Part shown: positions 1 to 11,674 of the stretch, one piece after another
How positions within the stretch are numbered: position 1 is the stretch's first letter
How the letters are laid out: the number at the start of each line of letters is the position of its first letter
NCBI GenBank assembly: GCA_951406725.2
Contig: OX597838.1
Coordinates: 34,162,001-34,226,000, forward strand
Direction: 5' to 3'
DNA: 64,000 nt
From: Octopus vulgaris
Lineage: Eukaryota
Program-made: the position numbers and the translations under genes
The notes under the pieces: generated by a model
Database searches by the model: none
What the model was told of the DNA's origin: nothing
What the model saw: the letters and a program-made list of their open reading frames with translations, nothing else

Positions 1-401
1 CACCAGACATTAGATAACATTGAATATCTAATACATGTGCTCTTCAGGGAAAGCATGTATGGGTAAGATCAGCTGTAATGGGTCTATAATGCTGTATACT
101 TTGATTAACGCTTGTGACGCCACACCACCTGAGATCACCCTTATGTCTTTACAATCTGAGTTCAAATTCCATCAAATTGGCTTTGCCTTTCGTCCTTTCA
201 GGGGCCAATAAAATACCAGTTGAGTACTGGGGTTGATGTAATCAGCTTAATTCTTCTTCCCAAATTGCTGGCCTTGTGCTAAAATTTGAAACCAGCATAT
301 GTTTCAAACATCAGCTTTATAATGACACAGCTATTTTAATATAGTATTAACTGAAAGAAAAATTGTATTTCGTCAGAAATATGATAACAAAAGGGATAAT
401 A

Positions 402-600
402 TTCTTTTCCTTGTTTTAGTCATTTGACTGCGGCCATGCTGGAGCACCACCTTGAAGGATTTAAGTCAAACAAATCGACCCCAGGACTTATTTTTTAAGC
501 CTAGCACTTATTCTATTGGCATCTTTTGCTGAACCACTAGGTTACGAGGATGTAAACACACAAACACCGGTTGTCAAGTGGTGATGGAAGGACAATTACT
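402..600 (-). mobile_element. SINE family A, 3' part
   Basis: Reverse complement of the family-A tail (ggtgctccagcatggccgcagtcaaatgact) seen in >15 other copies in the window. Confidence 0.75.
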
Positions 601-1047
601 GACACATGGGCACCCACATGTAGATATATACATATACAAATACATACATACATACATATATATATATATGTATATATATATACATACATACATACATACA
701 TATATATGTATGTATGTATATGATAATAATAATAATGATTATTATGAAGTAGCATTAGCATTATTTTTATTTCCTTTATATATATATAGGCACAGCTTCA
801 AATAGACTGACACATGATTCAACTGCATCAATTAGTAACCATTGCAATTGGAACCATAATATTTCCCTAGATTCGAACACGTGTTTTTTTTTCATGGAAG
901 ACTGGAAATGAACAACCCCACTTGCATAACAATGAGGTTCACTTACGACCATTTCGTAATGTTTAGATACATGCAAGCAAATACACAGACATACATATAC
1001 AGATATATATATAAATCAAAATAAGCAACAAGAATGACTCCGGTAAT

Positions 1048-1130
1048 TTGGTACGATCGTTTCGTACTACATCATTTTATTAAATATTGTAAGTATTACA
1101 ACAGTTTTAAAATGCTGAGCACTCAGCCAA
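1048..1130 (-). ncRNA. Degenerate type-I hammerhead-like motif (Penelope-like remnant)
   Basis: Minus strand reads TTGG-CTGA-GTGCT..long stem II..AGTAC-GAAAC-GATC-GTA-CCAA; the core lacks 3 nt of CUGAUGA. Confidence 0.45.
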
Positions 1131-1317
1131 TTATAGAGGTTTTCCATTAATACAAACATTTTCATATCAAGTGGCAACATTATAGAGAAGGTAGATACAT
1201 AGACAAAGATATGGATTTAAATTTTAAGAACATTTGAGGTAGTGAAGTCCTTCCACTGACTGACTAAGATTCAGTTGTTCCAGACTACTGTAAGGTTCTG
1301 AGAATGAAGAACAATAT

Positions 1318-1493
1318 ATCATCATCATCATCATCATTTAGCGTCCGTTTTCCATGCTAGCATGGGTTGGACGGTTTAACTGGGGTCTATGAAGCCGGAA
1401 GGCTTCATCAGGCCCAGTCAGATTTGGCAGTGTTTCTACGGCTGGATGCCTTTCCTAACGCCAACCACTCCGTGAGTGTAGTGGGTGCTTTTT
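1318..1493 (-). mobile_element. RTE-1 LINE 3' UTR/tail fragment
   Basis: Matches the 3' end of the LINEs at 5081 and 7197; (GAT)n tail on minus strand. Confidence 0.85.
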
Positions 1494-1758
1494 ATATATA
1501 TATACACATATATACATATACATATACATGCACACACACATACATATTGATTTTGGACCAGGTTGTGTGCTCTGTTCTTGAGCAAGACACTTTATTTATT
1601 GCTCTGGTTCATTCAGCTCTAGAAATGAGTAGCAACTTCACTGGTGCCAAGTTGTATTCGCTTTTACCTTTCCCTTGCATAACATTGGTGATGTAGAGAC
1701 GGGAGTCTGGTATGCATGGGCAACTGCTGGTCTTCCAGAAACAACCATGCACAGACTT

Positions 1759-2175
1759 AAGGCAGCAAGCTGGCAGAATTGTTATAGTGCCGGGCGAAAT
1801 GCTTAGCGGTATTTCGTCTGTCTTTACGTTCTGAGTTCAAATTCCACCGTGGTCGACCTTACCTTTCATCCTTTCAGGGTCGATAAATTAAGTACTAGTT
1901 ATGCACTGGGGTCGATGTAATCGACTTAATCTGTTTGTCTGTCCCTGTTTGTCCCCTCTGTGTTTAGCCCCTTGTGGGTAGTAAAGAAATAGGTATTTCG
2001 TCTGTCTTTACGTTCTGAGTTCAAATTCCGCCGAGGTCGACTTTGCCTTTCATCCTTTCGGGGTCGATAAATTAAGTACCAGTTACGAACTGGGATCGAT
2101 ATAATTGACTTAATCCCTTTGTCTGTCCTTGTTTGTCCCCTCTGTGTTTAGCCCTTTGTGGGTAGTAAAGGAATA
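1759..2175 (+). mobile_element. SINE family B, internally duplicated, with 22-bp TSD
   Basis: tRNA-like head (gagttcaaattc B-box), body repeated twice; flanks agaaacaa(c/a)catgcacagactt at 1737-1758 and 2176-2197. Confidence 0.85.
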
Positions 2176-2221
2176 AGAAACAAACATGCACAGACTTGTG
2201 CCTCAGAGAGTAACTTTCTAA

Positions 2222-3187
2222 CTGATACCATTAACACCCCTAACCATCCAGGCCTACTTCTAACCCCACCCTCAACATGACCAAAGGGTGTCTTTTTACC
2301 CTAAAATATGACTGGTATTTTTTCAGTTTCCATCTACCAAATCTACTCACAAGGCTCTGGTTGGCATACGGCCATACTAGAATATTTGAATCAAGGTGTC
2401 ACAGTGATATATACATATGTATATACACACACACATATCCATGCGTGCGTGTGTATGCATGTGTGTGTGTGCATGTGTGTGTGTTTGTGAGACAGTGTAT
2501 TTATAACACTGTAGATGTAATTATATTTGCCCATTTGCATTCAGAATTAATTTTGACCAAACAAAATGGGTGAACCATGGATCCAGCAGACAGGAAAAAG
2601 ATTATGAAAAAAATACATGCAGCAAACCATGATTAGTCATGTAGCAACAATGTAGGAATGGAAAGTATTGTTGGGACAGACAGACAGATAAACAGGCAGC
2701 CAGACAGCCAGACTTATTAGACAAATAGACGGACAGATAGATGGAAAAACAGTTGGATGAATATAGGGATGAGAGTATAGGAAGATGGATGGATGGATGG
2801 ATGGATAAGTAGAAAGGCAGGTAGATGTGTGTGTGTATGCATGTGTGTGTCTGTGTATGAACAGATGGATGCATGGATGGATAGATACGTGGATCAATGG
2901 TTAGATAAATAACTGGGTAAATCAATTCATCAATTGATGGCTAGATGAATGGATCAATGAATGGGTGGATGGATGCATATATGCATAAAGGGGTGGATGG
3001 GTGGATGGATGCATGGATGGATGGATAGACAGGTGGAAAAGATGGATGCCATGCAGTAGCACCACCACCACCACCACGGTGCCCTGATTTTATCCACCCA
3101 CCTTGCCTTGGTTCTCGGTGCTCCTCCCTTGTCTGATACCATTAACACCCCTAACCATCCAGGCCTACTTCTAACCCCACCCTCAAC
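2222..3187 (+). repeat. Identical 55-bp direct repeat (2222-2276 and 3133-3187)
   Basis: ctgataccattaacacccctaaccatccaggcctacttctaaccccaccctcaac occurs twice, 911 bp apart. Confidence 0.9.
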
Positions 3188-3213
3188 TAGTGGGTACCAC
3201 CCATTTTCAAAAA

Positions 3214-3685
3214 GATGATGATGATGGAGGGATAGTGGTGGTAGTGATGATGATGATGATGATGATGGTGATGGTGATGGTGCTGATGATAATAGCAGTG
3301 GTGGTGATGGTGATGGTGGTGGTGATGGTGATGGTGGTGGTAGTGATGATGATGATGATGATGATGATGATAATAGCAGTGGTGGTGGTGGTGTTGTTGT
3401 TGTTGATGGTGGTGGTCGTGGTGGTCGTGGTGGTCGTGGCCGTTGAGGTTGTGATAGTGGTGTTAATGATGATAAAGATGATGACGGTAGTGGTTATGAT
3501 GGTGTTGGTGGTGGGGGTGGGGGTGGGGTTATGGGGGTGGCAGTTGAGGTTGTGATAGTGGGGGTAGTGATGATGATGATGATGATGGTGATGATGGTGG
3601 TGGTGAGGCATGACCATGATGATGACAAGGAAGATGAGGTCGATAATAAAGAAGAAGAACAAGAAGAAGAAGAAGCAGCAGCAAT
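3214..3685. repeat. Compound trinucleotide microsatellite (GAT/GGT/GTT/GAA)
   Basis: Direct inspection. Confidence 0.9.
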
Positions 3686-4089
3686 GTTCCAGATAATATC
3701 TTACAAGGCATTTAGAGAAAAATTCCTTGATATCATTTTTATTTTGTTGCTGATAAAAAAAATCAAAGTATTGATTTTATTTTTCAAGAAGGTATTAATA
3801 GAAATACTAGATTGATGCAAAACAGTAATGAATTTCAAATTTTTTATTGATGTTCTTTTTTTTTTTGTTAATTAAAATTTTCTTTTAATAATGAATATTA
3901 AATATTTTATGTATTTTATAGAGAATAAAAACAAATTTTTTTTTAGGATTAAAAATTTCACCAAAACAAGGACAAAACACCTATAAACCAAACAAAAAGC
4001 CAATAAAAAAATATCAAGCAAAATAAATCAACAAAGAGCATCTCCAAAATATTACTGAAAAATGCCCAAACAACAAAGAGAAGGAGAGG

Positions 4090-4103
4090 AGACAGACAGA
4101 CAG

Positions 4104-4193
<90 letters not shown>

Positions 4194-4320
4194 TTAGATA
4201 GATACATATAGATAGTTAGATAGATACATATAGATAGATAGACAGACAGATAGATAGACGGAGGTAAATAGATAGATAGACAGACAGATAGAAAGATAGA
4301 CAAACGGAGATAGATAGATA
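4090..4320. repeat. (GATA)n/(GACA)n microsatellite
   Basis: Direct inspection. Confidence 0.95.
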
Positions 4321-4370
4321 AAGTGAGTGAGAGAAAGGGAGACAATGTTAAAAAATATTTCTCATGCACA

Positions 4371-4411
<41 letters not shown>

Positions 4412-5080
4412 ATCTATCTATCTTTCTCTCCGTTCTCATTCTTCTCCCCCTTATCTAATCGGTTTCGTATCTAGTGCAGACCAATTCCACTTGATGACGG
4501 ACTGACTGACAAGAACTAACAACCAACCAACCAACCACCTAGGGAACCAATAGACAAATAGAGAGATAGAGTGTTTGTGTGTGAGTGAGCATCAACATTC
4601 TTCGTATGACTCATGTGAGAAGGAAGATAACACAACAAGAAGAATAATAAAACAGGCTGCTCCTTGTATTGCCATGCCTACGTAACATCTCTTAATCAAT
4701 ACGTAAAGGAAGAACAATAAAAGAGATATTATCACCATCATTCTTCGAACTCAGATCTAATTAAATGCCTTGATTACGTCTCGCACGGGATTTGGCGGGG
4801 GAAAAGCTGAAGAGGGCACGCTTGAAATTTAAATACATTCTTCAAACTGTAATTTATTTATTTACATTCATAAGTAGAGCTACCACGTTTCTGGGTATCC
4901 AAACAATGAAAATCAGTGTGTGTATGTGTGTTGATGGTTATTTTTGAGGATTTTCACTGCATCTTTTATATTTCATCAAGTTTTGTATACATACAAATAC
5001 ATATATACAAGCAAGCATGCATTCATACATGTATACACGCATACCCGAAAAACATAATATATGATTTATATACATACATA

Positions 5081-7135
5081 TCATCATCATCATCGTCTAA
5101 CGTCCGCTTTCCATGCTAGCATGGGTTGGACGATTTTGACTGAGGCCTGGCGAACCAGATGGCTGCACCAGCCTCCAATCTTGATCTGACAGAGTTTCTA
5201 CAGCTGGATGCCCTTCCTAACGCCAACCACTCCGAGAGTGTAGTGGATGCTTTTTATGTGTCATCGGCACCAGGGCCAGTCAGGCGGTACTGGCAATGAC
5301 CTCGCTCGAATCTTTTTACACATGCCACCAGCACAGGTGCTAGTATGGCGCCGCTGGTAACGGTCAAACTTGAATGGTGCCCCTTTTACGTGCCACTTGC
5401 ACGGAAGCCAGTTAGCCGCTCTGGCAACGATCACGCTCGGATGGTGCTCTTGGCACCCTACTAGCACGGACACAAGTGCCAGTAAGGCGACGCTGGTAAT
5501 GATCACACTCGAATTTTGCCTTTTATGTGCCACTGGCACGGAAGCAGGTTAGCCGCTCTGTCAACGATCACACTCGTATGGCGCTCTTTGCACCCCGCTA
5601 GCATAGATGCCAGTCATCGAATTTGATTTTCATTTTGATTTCACTTGCCTCAACAGGTCTTCGCGAGCAGAGTTTAGTGTCCAAAGAAGGAAAAGGTATG
5701 CATAAGTGGGCTTGTTACACTCCTGGCATAGGCCACGGGTTATGATCTCATTTGGCTTGCCGGGTCTTCTCAAGCACAACATATTTCCAAAAGTCTCGGT
5801 CACTAGTCATTTCCTGGGTGAGGCCTAAAGTTCGAAGGTCGTGCTTCACCACTTCATCCCAGGTCTTCCTGGGTCTACCTTTTCCACAGGTTCCCTCAAC
5901 CGCTAGGATGTGGCACTTTTTCACACAGCTATCCTCATCCATTCTCACCACATGACCATACCAGCGCAGTCGTCTCTCTTGCACACCACATCTGATGCTT
6001 CTTAAGTCCAACTTTTCTCTCAAGGTACTTACACTCTGTCGAGCATGCACACTGACATTACATATCCATCGGATTATACTGGCTTCATTCCTTGCGAGCT
6101 TACACATGTCCTCAGCAGTCACAGCCCATGTTTCACTGCCATGTAGCATGGCTGTTCGTACACAAGCGTCATACAGTCTACCTTTTGCTCTGAGCGAGAG
6201 GCCCTTTGTCCCCAGCAGAGGTAAGAGCTCTCTGAACTTTGCCCAAGCTATTCTTATTCTAGCAGCTACACTTTCAGCGCACCCTCCTCCCGCTACTGAC
6301 TTGGCCACCTTGGTAACAGAAGCTATCAACTACTTTTAGTTTTTCTCCCTGGAATGTGGTGGAAGTTGTTCTCTGTGCATTTTCAGTGTTTATTGCTCCC
6401 GAGTATCTGCCACATATAAAAACTATCTTCCCAGTTTGCCTTCCTTTGATATTACTGCACCTCTTATGTGTCCATAGCTTACACTGGGTACATATTATAG
6501 AATTTCTACCTACACCTCTACTACAGATTGGGCAGGGCCATCTACCTGAAGGGATTTGTGGTTTGCCTGCCTTCCTACTTATTACGACTTTGGTTTTAGC
6601 TAGGTTGATTCTAAGGCCCTTCAGTTCTAATCCTTGTTTCCACACTTGAAACTTCTCCTCAAGTTCTGACAGTGACTCAGCAATTAGAGCAAGGTCACCA
6701 GCATAGAGGAGCTCCCAGGGGCATCCTATCTTGAATTCCTCCATTATTGCCTGGAGGACTATGATAAATAGGAGGGAGCTGAGGACTGAACCTTGGTGGA
6801 CCCCTACCTCCACCCTGAATTCTTCAGCATCCCTGTACATGGCTTGCACAGCTCTCACTAATCATTCATCTATCCCTAGTTTCCTCATTGATCACCAGAT
6901 AAGGGATCGGAGGACCCTGTCAAAGGCTTTCTCCATGTCAACGAAAGCCAGGTACAGGGGCTTATCTTTGGCTAGGTATTTCTCCTGCAGCTGTCTTGCC
7001 AGAAATATGGCATCAGTGGTGCTTTTCCCTGGCACGAATCCAAACTGCATCTCATCCAAGCTGACTCTCTCCCTAATCAGTTGGGCTATGACCCTCTCCG
7101 TAACCTTCATTACCTGATCCAGCAGATAAATTTCC
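5081..7135 (-). mobile_element. RTE-clade LINE (RTE-1), 5'-truncated, frameshifted
   Basis: ORF pieces 6892-7110, 6274-6858 and 5748-6329 give QFGF..STTDAIF, FVDMEKAFD, GVHQGS, YAGD (mutated YADD), RRLRWYGHV, GRPRKTW; 3' UTR ends in (GAT)n. Confidence 0.95.
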
Positions 7136-7196
7136 TCTATTTACATGATATTGAGGTCTCGTTCTTTCTTTTGTTATCTTACCGTTTTTACCAATA

Positions 7197-9120
7197 TCAT
7201 CATCATCATCATCATCGTTTAACGTCAGCTTTCCGCGCTAGCACGGGTTGGACGGTTCGACCAGGTCTGGGAAGCCAGGGGCCGCTCCAGGCTCCAGTCT
7301 GAATCTGGCAGAGTTTCTACGGCTGGATGCCCTTCCTAACGCCAACCACTCCGTGAGTGGATTGGGTGCTTTTTACGTGCCACCTGCACAGGGGCCGGAG
7401 GGTCCGGCATCGGTCACGATCGGTTCGAGCATTTTAACGTGTCAGCGGCACGGGGGCAACGAGGTCTGGGGTACTTTGGGGATCGGGGTACTTTGGGGAT
7501 CCAGGGTACTTTGGGGATCGGGGTACTTTGGGGATCCGGGGTACTTAGAATGGGTAGGGGGTATGTGGAATTGCTGCAGAAAGCAGCCCGGGTCTTTGTA
7601 GTCACAGCATATCTCCAGAGATCTCGGTCCTTCGCCATTGCCTCAGTGAGGCCCAATGCTCTGAGGTCATGCTTGACCACCTCATCCCATGTCTTCCTGG
7701 GTCTACCTCTACCCCTGATACCTTCAACTGTTTGGGAGTGGCACTTCTTCACACATCTCTCTTCATCCATCCGCAGCACATGACCATACCATCGCAAGCG
7801 TCGCTCTTGCACACCACATCTGATGCTTCTTATATCCAGCATTTCTCTCAGGATGCTTACACTCTGTCTTGCGTGCACACTGACACTACACATCCAGCGG
7901 ATCATGCTAGCTTCATTTCTTTCAAGTCTACGCATGTCTTCTGCAGTCACAGCCCAAGTTTCATTACCGTGAAGCATGGCAGTTCGCACACATGCATCAT
8001 ACAATCTACCTTTTGCTCTGAGGGAGAGACCTTTTGTTGCCAGTAGGGGTAGGAGCTTTCTGAACTTTGCCCAGGCTATTCGTATTCTAGTGGTGATACT
8101 CTCTGTGCATCCACCTCCGCTACTAACTTGGTCACCCAGGTAGCGGAAACTATCAACTACTTCTAGTTTATCTCCCTGGAGTGTGATGGAATCTGTTTTC
8201 TGAGTGTCTGTTGTGTCTATTGTCCCTGTGCATCTGCCGCACATGAAAGCTATCTTATCTGTTAATTTCCCTTTAATGTTGCTGCACCTCTTATGTGTCC
8301 ATAACTTACATTGGGTGCATCTTATGGAGTTTCTACCTGTACCTTTCCTACAGGTTGAGCAGGGCCACCTACCCGAGGGGATGTGTGCTGAGTACCTCTT
8401 GCTGCTTACTAATACTTTGGTCTTTGCTACATTTATTCTAAGGCCCTTTGATTCCAACCCTTGCTTCCACACCCGAAATTTCTCTTCTAGTTCCGGTAGT
8501 GATTCTGCTATGAGAGCTAGGTCATCGGCATAGAGGAGCTCCCAGGGGCATCCCGTTTTGAATTCCTCTGTTATTGCCTGAAGGACTATGATGAATAAAA
8601 GGGGACTGAGGGCTGAGCCCTGGTGCACACCTACTTCTACCCGGAATTCTTCACTATATTCGTTGCCAATCCTAACCTTGCTGACAGCCTCTCTGTATAG
8701 AGCCTGTACAGCCCTTATTAGCCATTCTTCAATCTCCAGTTTCCGCATCGACCACCAGATAAGGGAACGGGGAACCCTGTCAAAGGCTTTCTCCAAGTCT
8801 ACAAAAGCTATGTAGAGGGGTTTATCTTTAGCTAGGTACTTCTCCTGCAGTTGTCGGACCAGGAATATAGCATCAGTGGTGCTTCTACCTGGTACAAAAC
8901 CGAACTGCATTTCATCTAAACAAATTCTCTCCCTAATGAGATTGGTTATGACCTTCTCTGAGACCTTCATCACCTGGTCCAACAGTTTGATACCTCTGTA
9001 GTTATTTCTATCTAGAGCATCACCCTTACCCTTGTAGCAGTTGACTATGGTGCTGCTGCACCAGTCATTGGGTATGACTCCATTGTGAACTACCTGGTTT
9101 ACAATGCGGGTGACTATGGC
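7197..9120 (-). mobile_element. RTE-clade LINE (RTE-1), 5'-truncated, uninterrupted RT
   Basis: Same family as 5081-7135; (GAT)n tail at 7197; 5' truncation abuts (TA)n at 9121. Confidence 0.95.
7414..9120 (-). CDS. LINE ORF2 fragment: reverse transcriptase + PHD-like finger + C-terminal RTE region (no endonuclease, no native start)
   Basis: NYRGIKLL, QFGFVPGRSTTDAIF, FVDLEKAFDRVPR, GVHQGSALSPLLF, YADD, FRYLG, RRLRWYGHV. The first ~33 aa of the 602-aa track ORF are flanking repeat/microsatellite. Confidence 0.9.
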   Translation of the reverse strand, partial: AIVTRIVNQVVHNGVIPNDWCSSTIVNCYKGKGDALDRNNYRGIKLLDQVMKVSEKVITNLIRERICLDEMQFGFVPGRSTTDAIFLVRQLQEKYLAKDKPLYIAFVDLEKAFDRVPRSLIWWSMRKLEIEEWLIRAVQALYREAVSKVRIGNEYSEEFRVEVGVHQGSALSPLLFIIVLQAITEEFKTGCPWELLYADDLALIAESLPELEEKFRVWKQGLESKGLRINVAKTKVLVSSKRYSAHIPSGRWPCSTCRKGTGRNSIRCTQCKLWTHKRCSNIKGKLTDKIAFMCGRCTGTIDTTDTQKTDSITLQGDKLEVVDSFRYLGDQVSSGGGCTESITTRIRIAWAKFRKLLPLLATKGLSLRAKGRLYDACVRTAMLHGNETWAVTAEDMRRLERNEASMIRWMCSVSVHARQSVSILREMLDIRSIRCGVQERRLRWYGHVLRMDEERCVKKCHSQTVEGIRGRGRPRKTWDEVVKHDLRALGLTEAMAKDRDLWRYAVTTKTRAAFCSNSTYPLPILSTPDPQSTPIPKVPWIPKVPRSPKYPRPRCPRAADTLKCSNRS

Positions 9121-9168
<48 letters not shown>

Positions 9169-9379
9169 AGATAAAGTGAGTGAGAGAGAGGGAGACAATG
9201 TTAAAAAATATTTCTCATGCACACCTTTCTCTTACTGTCTCTCTCTCTCTCTCTCTCTCTGTGAGTGGTAGCTGGAAGAGAAGCTAGGTGGCACATGTAA
9301 GTAGGAAAGGAGGAATCAGAAAAGTAAGAAGCATGTCAGTGTTCTACAGCATGAGAATCAGAAGCATGAGTTGTCCTGT

Positions 9380-10028
9380 ATTGCAAAAGAGTGTACCAAA
9401 GAGTATTGAGATGTTGAGGGTGAGAAAATGTGTGCAGATGGATAGAGGTAGATCCAGGAGGACATGGGATGAGGTGGTCAAGTATGACCTTCGAACGCTA
9501 GGCCTCACAGAGGCAACGACAAAAGACTGAGACCTCTGGAGATATGCTGTGACTGCGAAGACCCGACAAATGAAGTGAGTTCATGGCTCACAGGATGGCC
9601 TGCTGTGCTTACCTTGGATCGTAGGGTGACCTGCTGTGCTTGAGGTGACCTATTGAGTCAAGTACATTAGCATCAAAATAAAAATCAAATGGAAATTGTA
9701 GTTGTGAGACCCGTGCCGGTGGCACGTAAAAAGCATCATCCGAACGTAGCTGATGCCAGCACTGCCTTGACTAGCATCCGTACCTGTGGCACATAAAAAG
9801 CACCAACCAATTGTGGATGTTGCAGCCTCCCCTGGCCCCTGTGCTGGTAGCACATAAAAAGCACCCACTATACTCACAGAGTGGTTGGCATTAGGAAGGG
9901 CATCCAGCTGTATAAACACTGCCAGAACAGACTGGAGTCTAGTGCAGCCTCCTGGCTTCCCAGACCCCGGTTGAACCGTCCAACCGATGCTAGCATGGAA
10001 AACGGATGTTAAACGATGATGATGATGA
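9380..10028 (+). mobile_element. RTE-1 3' end (C-terminal ORF remnant + 3' UTR)
   Basis: RRTWDEVVKYDLRTLGLTEA followed by the family 3' UTR and (GAT)n. Confidence 0.85.
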
Positions 10029-10059
10029 TACACTTAGTGATTCTGAAAAGAAAGAGGCA

Positions 10060-10485
10060 TAGTATTATAAAGATTACTAAATGTAGAGAATGTATGAGAA
10101 GAAGAGGGTTTTCCCAACTTAGATACAAAAGAGTGGCCAGTTATCCTTGCTGGCAGCAGTATTTCAGATGAAGTAATTAAAAATATGAAGGCTGGGAAAG
10201 ACCATGGCCCATCAGGAATCACAGCTGAAATGCTTGAAATATTTGTTGAAATAGGATATGGCCTAGTCACCCATATAGGTAATTAGGTTGTACAATAAAG
10301 GTTTTACATGCCCGATGACCGATATAAGAACGTTATAGTTAATTGTTATAAGAGTAAAGGAGATCTGTTAGATAGAAGTAGTTACAGAGATAACAAATTG
10401 TTAGACCAAGTCTTAAAAGTTATGGAAAGAGTTATAGCTTGATTAATTTGACAGAGAATTAGTCTAGATAAGAGATGCAGTTTGG
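10060..10485 (+). pseudogene. Older decayed RTE-1 RT N-terminal fragment
   Basis: Translates with stops to KAGK..GPSGITAEML..IVNCYKSKGDLLDRSSYR..LLDQVLKVMERVI..MQFG. Confidence 0.75.
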
Positions 10486-10713
10486 TAAAACTTTTGAAAA
10501 AGAAAAGAAATTTCGGTGGGTCGCATATTTCAAAATTTTTTAACATTTTCTTAGAATTTTCATTAATAACAGTTAAAAAAAACAGGCTTGGCAGTACAAT
10601 TTTTTGTTAATGTGACCTTGTCATAAGGCAATAAACTTCGGCGCAGCCTTCAAACAAAAAAGTTTCCCACCTCTTACAATTTAAAAAAGTATTTTATAGT
10701 TTTTTAATTTATA

Positions 10714-11011
10714 TCTTTATATATAAAAGTGAAGTTGTGTGTCTGTCTCCTACGATTTAGATTCTTAACTACTCCCACATTTTGCGGTGCAGTTTAACCA
10801 AAAGCGGGTATCTTATAGTCGTGATTCATATCGAGCCCTTCTGGGTATTAGGGCGCGTCTACGATGAATCTATGATTTTAAAAAAATTTACCATCATTTT
10901 TTCCCATTTTTAATGCATTTTTTTGCTATTATATAAGGGAAGTAACTCTCTAAAAATGCTTATATAGTTATTTCCCTTACAAACCCGAGCAACGCCGGGC
11001 GATACTGCTAG
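10714..11011 (+). mobile_element. Non-autonomous Helitron-type element (298 bp)
   Basis: A|TC 5' end, subterminal hairpin cccgagcaacgccggg, CTAG|T 3' end, no TSD. Confidence 0.8.
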
Positions 11012-11257
11012 TCAGAATATAAAGTGTGAAACTATTTTGAAATCTATGTGAAAAATGGCACAGGGATATAAATTTAGAGAAAATTAGAACTGAGAATCCG
11101 TGACATCGATAAAATTATGATCCAAAGGTTAAGTATATTGATATGGTTCTGGGTCGACGGCGATCATAACAGGAGGAAATGACAAAAATATATTTAAATA
11201 TTTCTATATGATTAAACACGGGGAAGACAAACAACAATTTGAGTCAGTCACTTTCTC

Positions 11258-11674
11258 GGGATCTTTTCGGGTTGAATGGCAGTTTTTTTCTAGCGGTGTC
11301 ATATGAAATTGTTACCCATAATTATGACCCTAGTATCGATCTATTGTATTTCAATCTGTTTTAGGGTTACGGGTGGGGGGAAGGGCATCTTTTTTTCTTC
11401 ACAAATGTAAATAAACCCAATCTGCTTCTTAAACGAGGGACATATTCATAAGGCACAGAATGTTTTTTTTTACCTCAATGGACGTCATTGATTGGTTGAA
11501 ATTGCAGAAATCGAAGAAAAAAAACAACAAATATCTTACAAACTATAGAATTTTCTCAATAAAGCCAAGAGAAAAAGATGTTTTATAAACACATTCTACC
11601 AGTATATGAAGTTTAACATTTTTTAGTTACATAGAAATTATGTTAAAAACTGCCGTTCAAACCGAAAAGATCCC
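11258..11674. mobile_element. MITE with ~30-bp TIRs (GGGATCTTTTCGGTTTGAACGGCAGTTTTT)
   Basis: Terminal inverted repeats; near-identical second copy at 20281-20689. Confidence 0.85.

Noticed and set aside
3190-3815. Poly-V/M, poly-T/I/H and acidic ORFs
   Set aside because: Trinucleotide repeats are open in several frames on both strands; no splice or homology support
9121-9222. N-terminus of the 602-aa ORF (MHEKYF..)
   Set aside because: Comes from flanking repeat and (TA)/(GA) microsatellite fortuitously in frame with the truncated LINE
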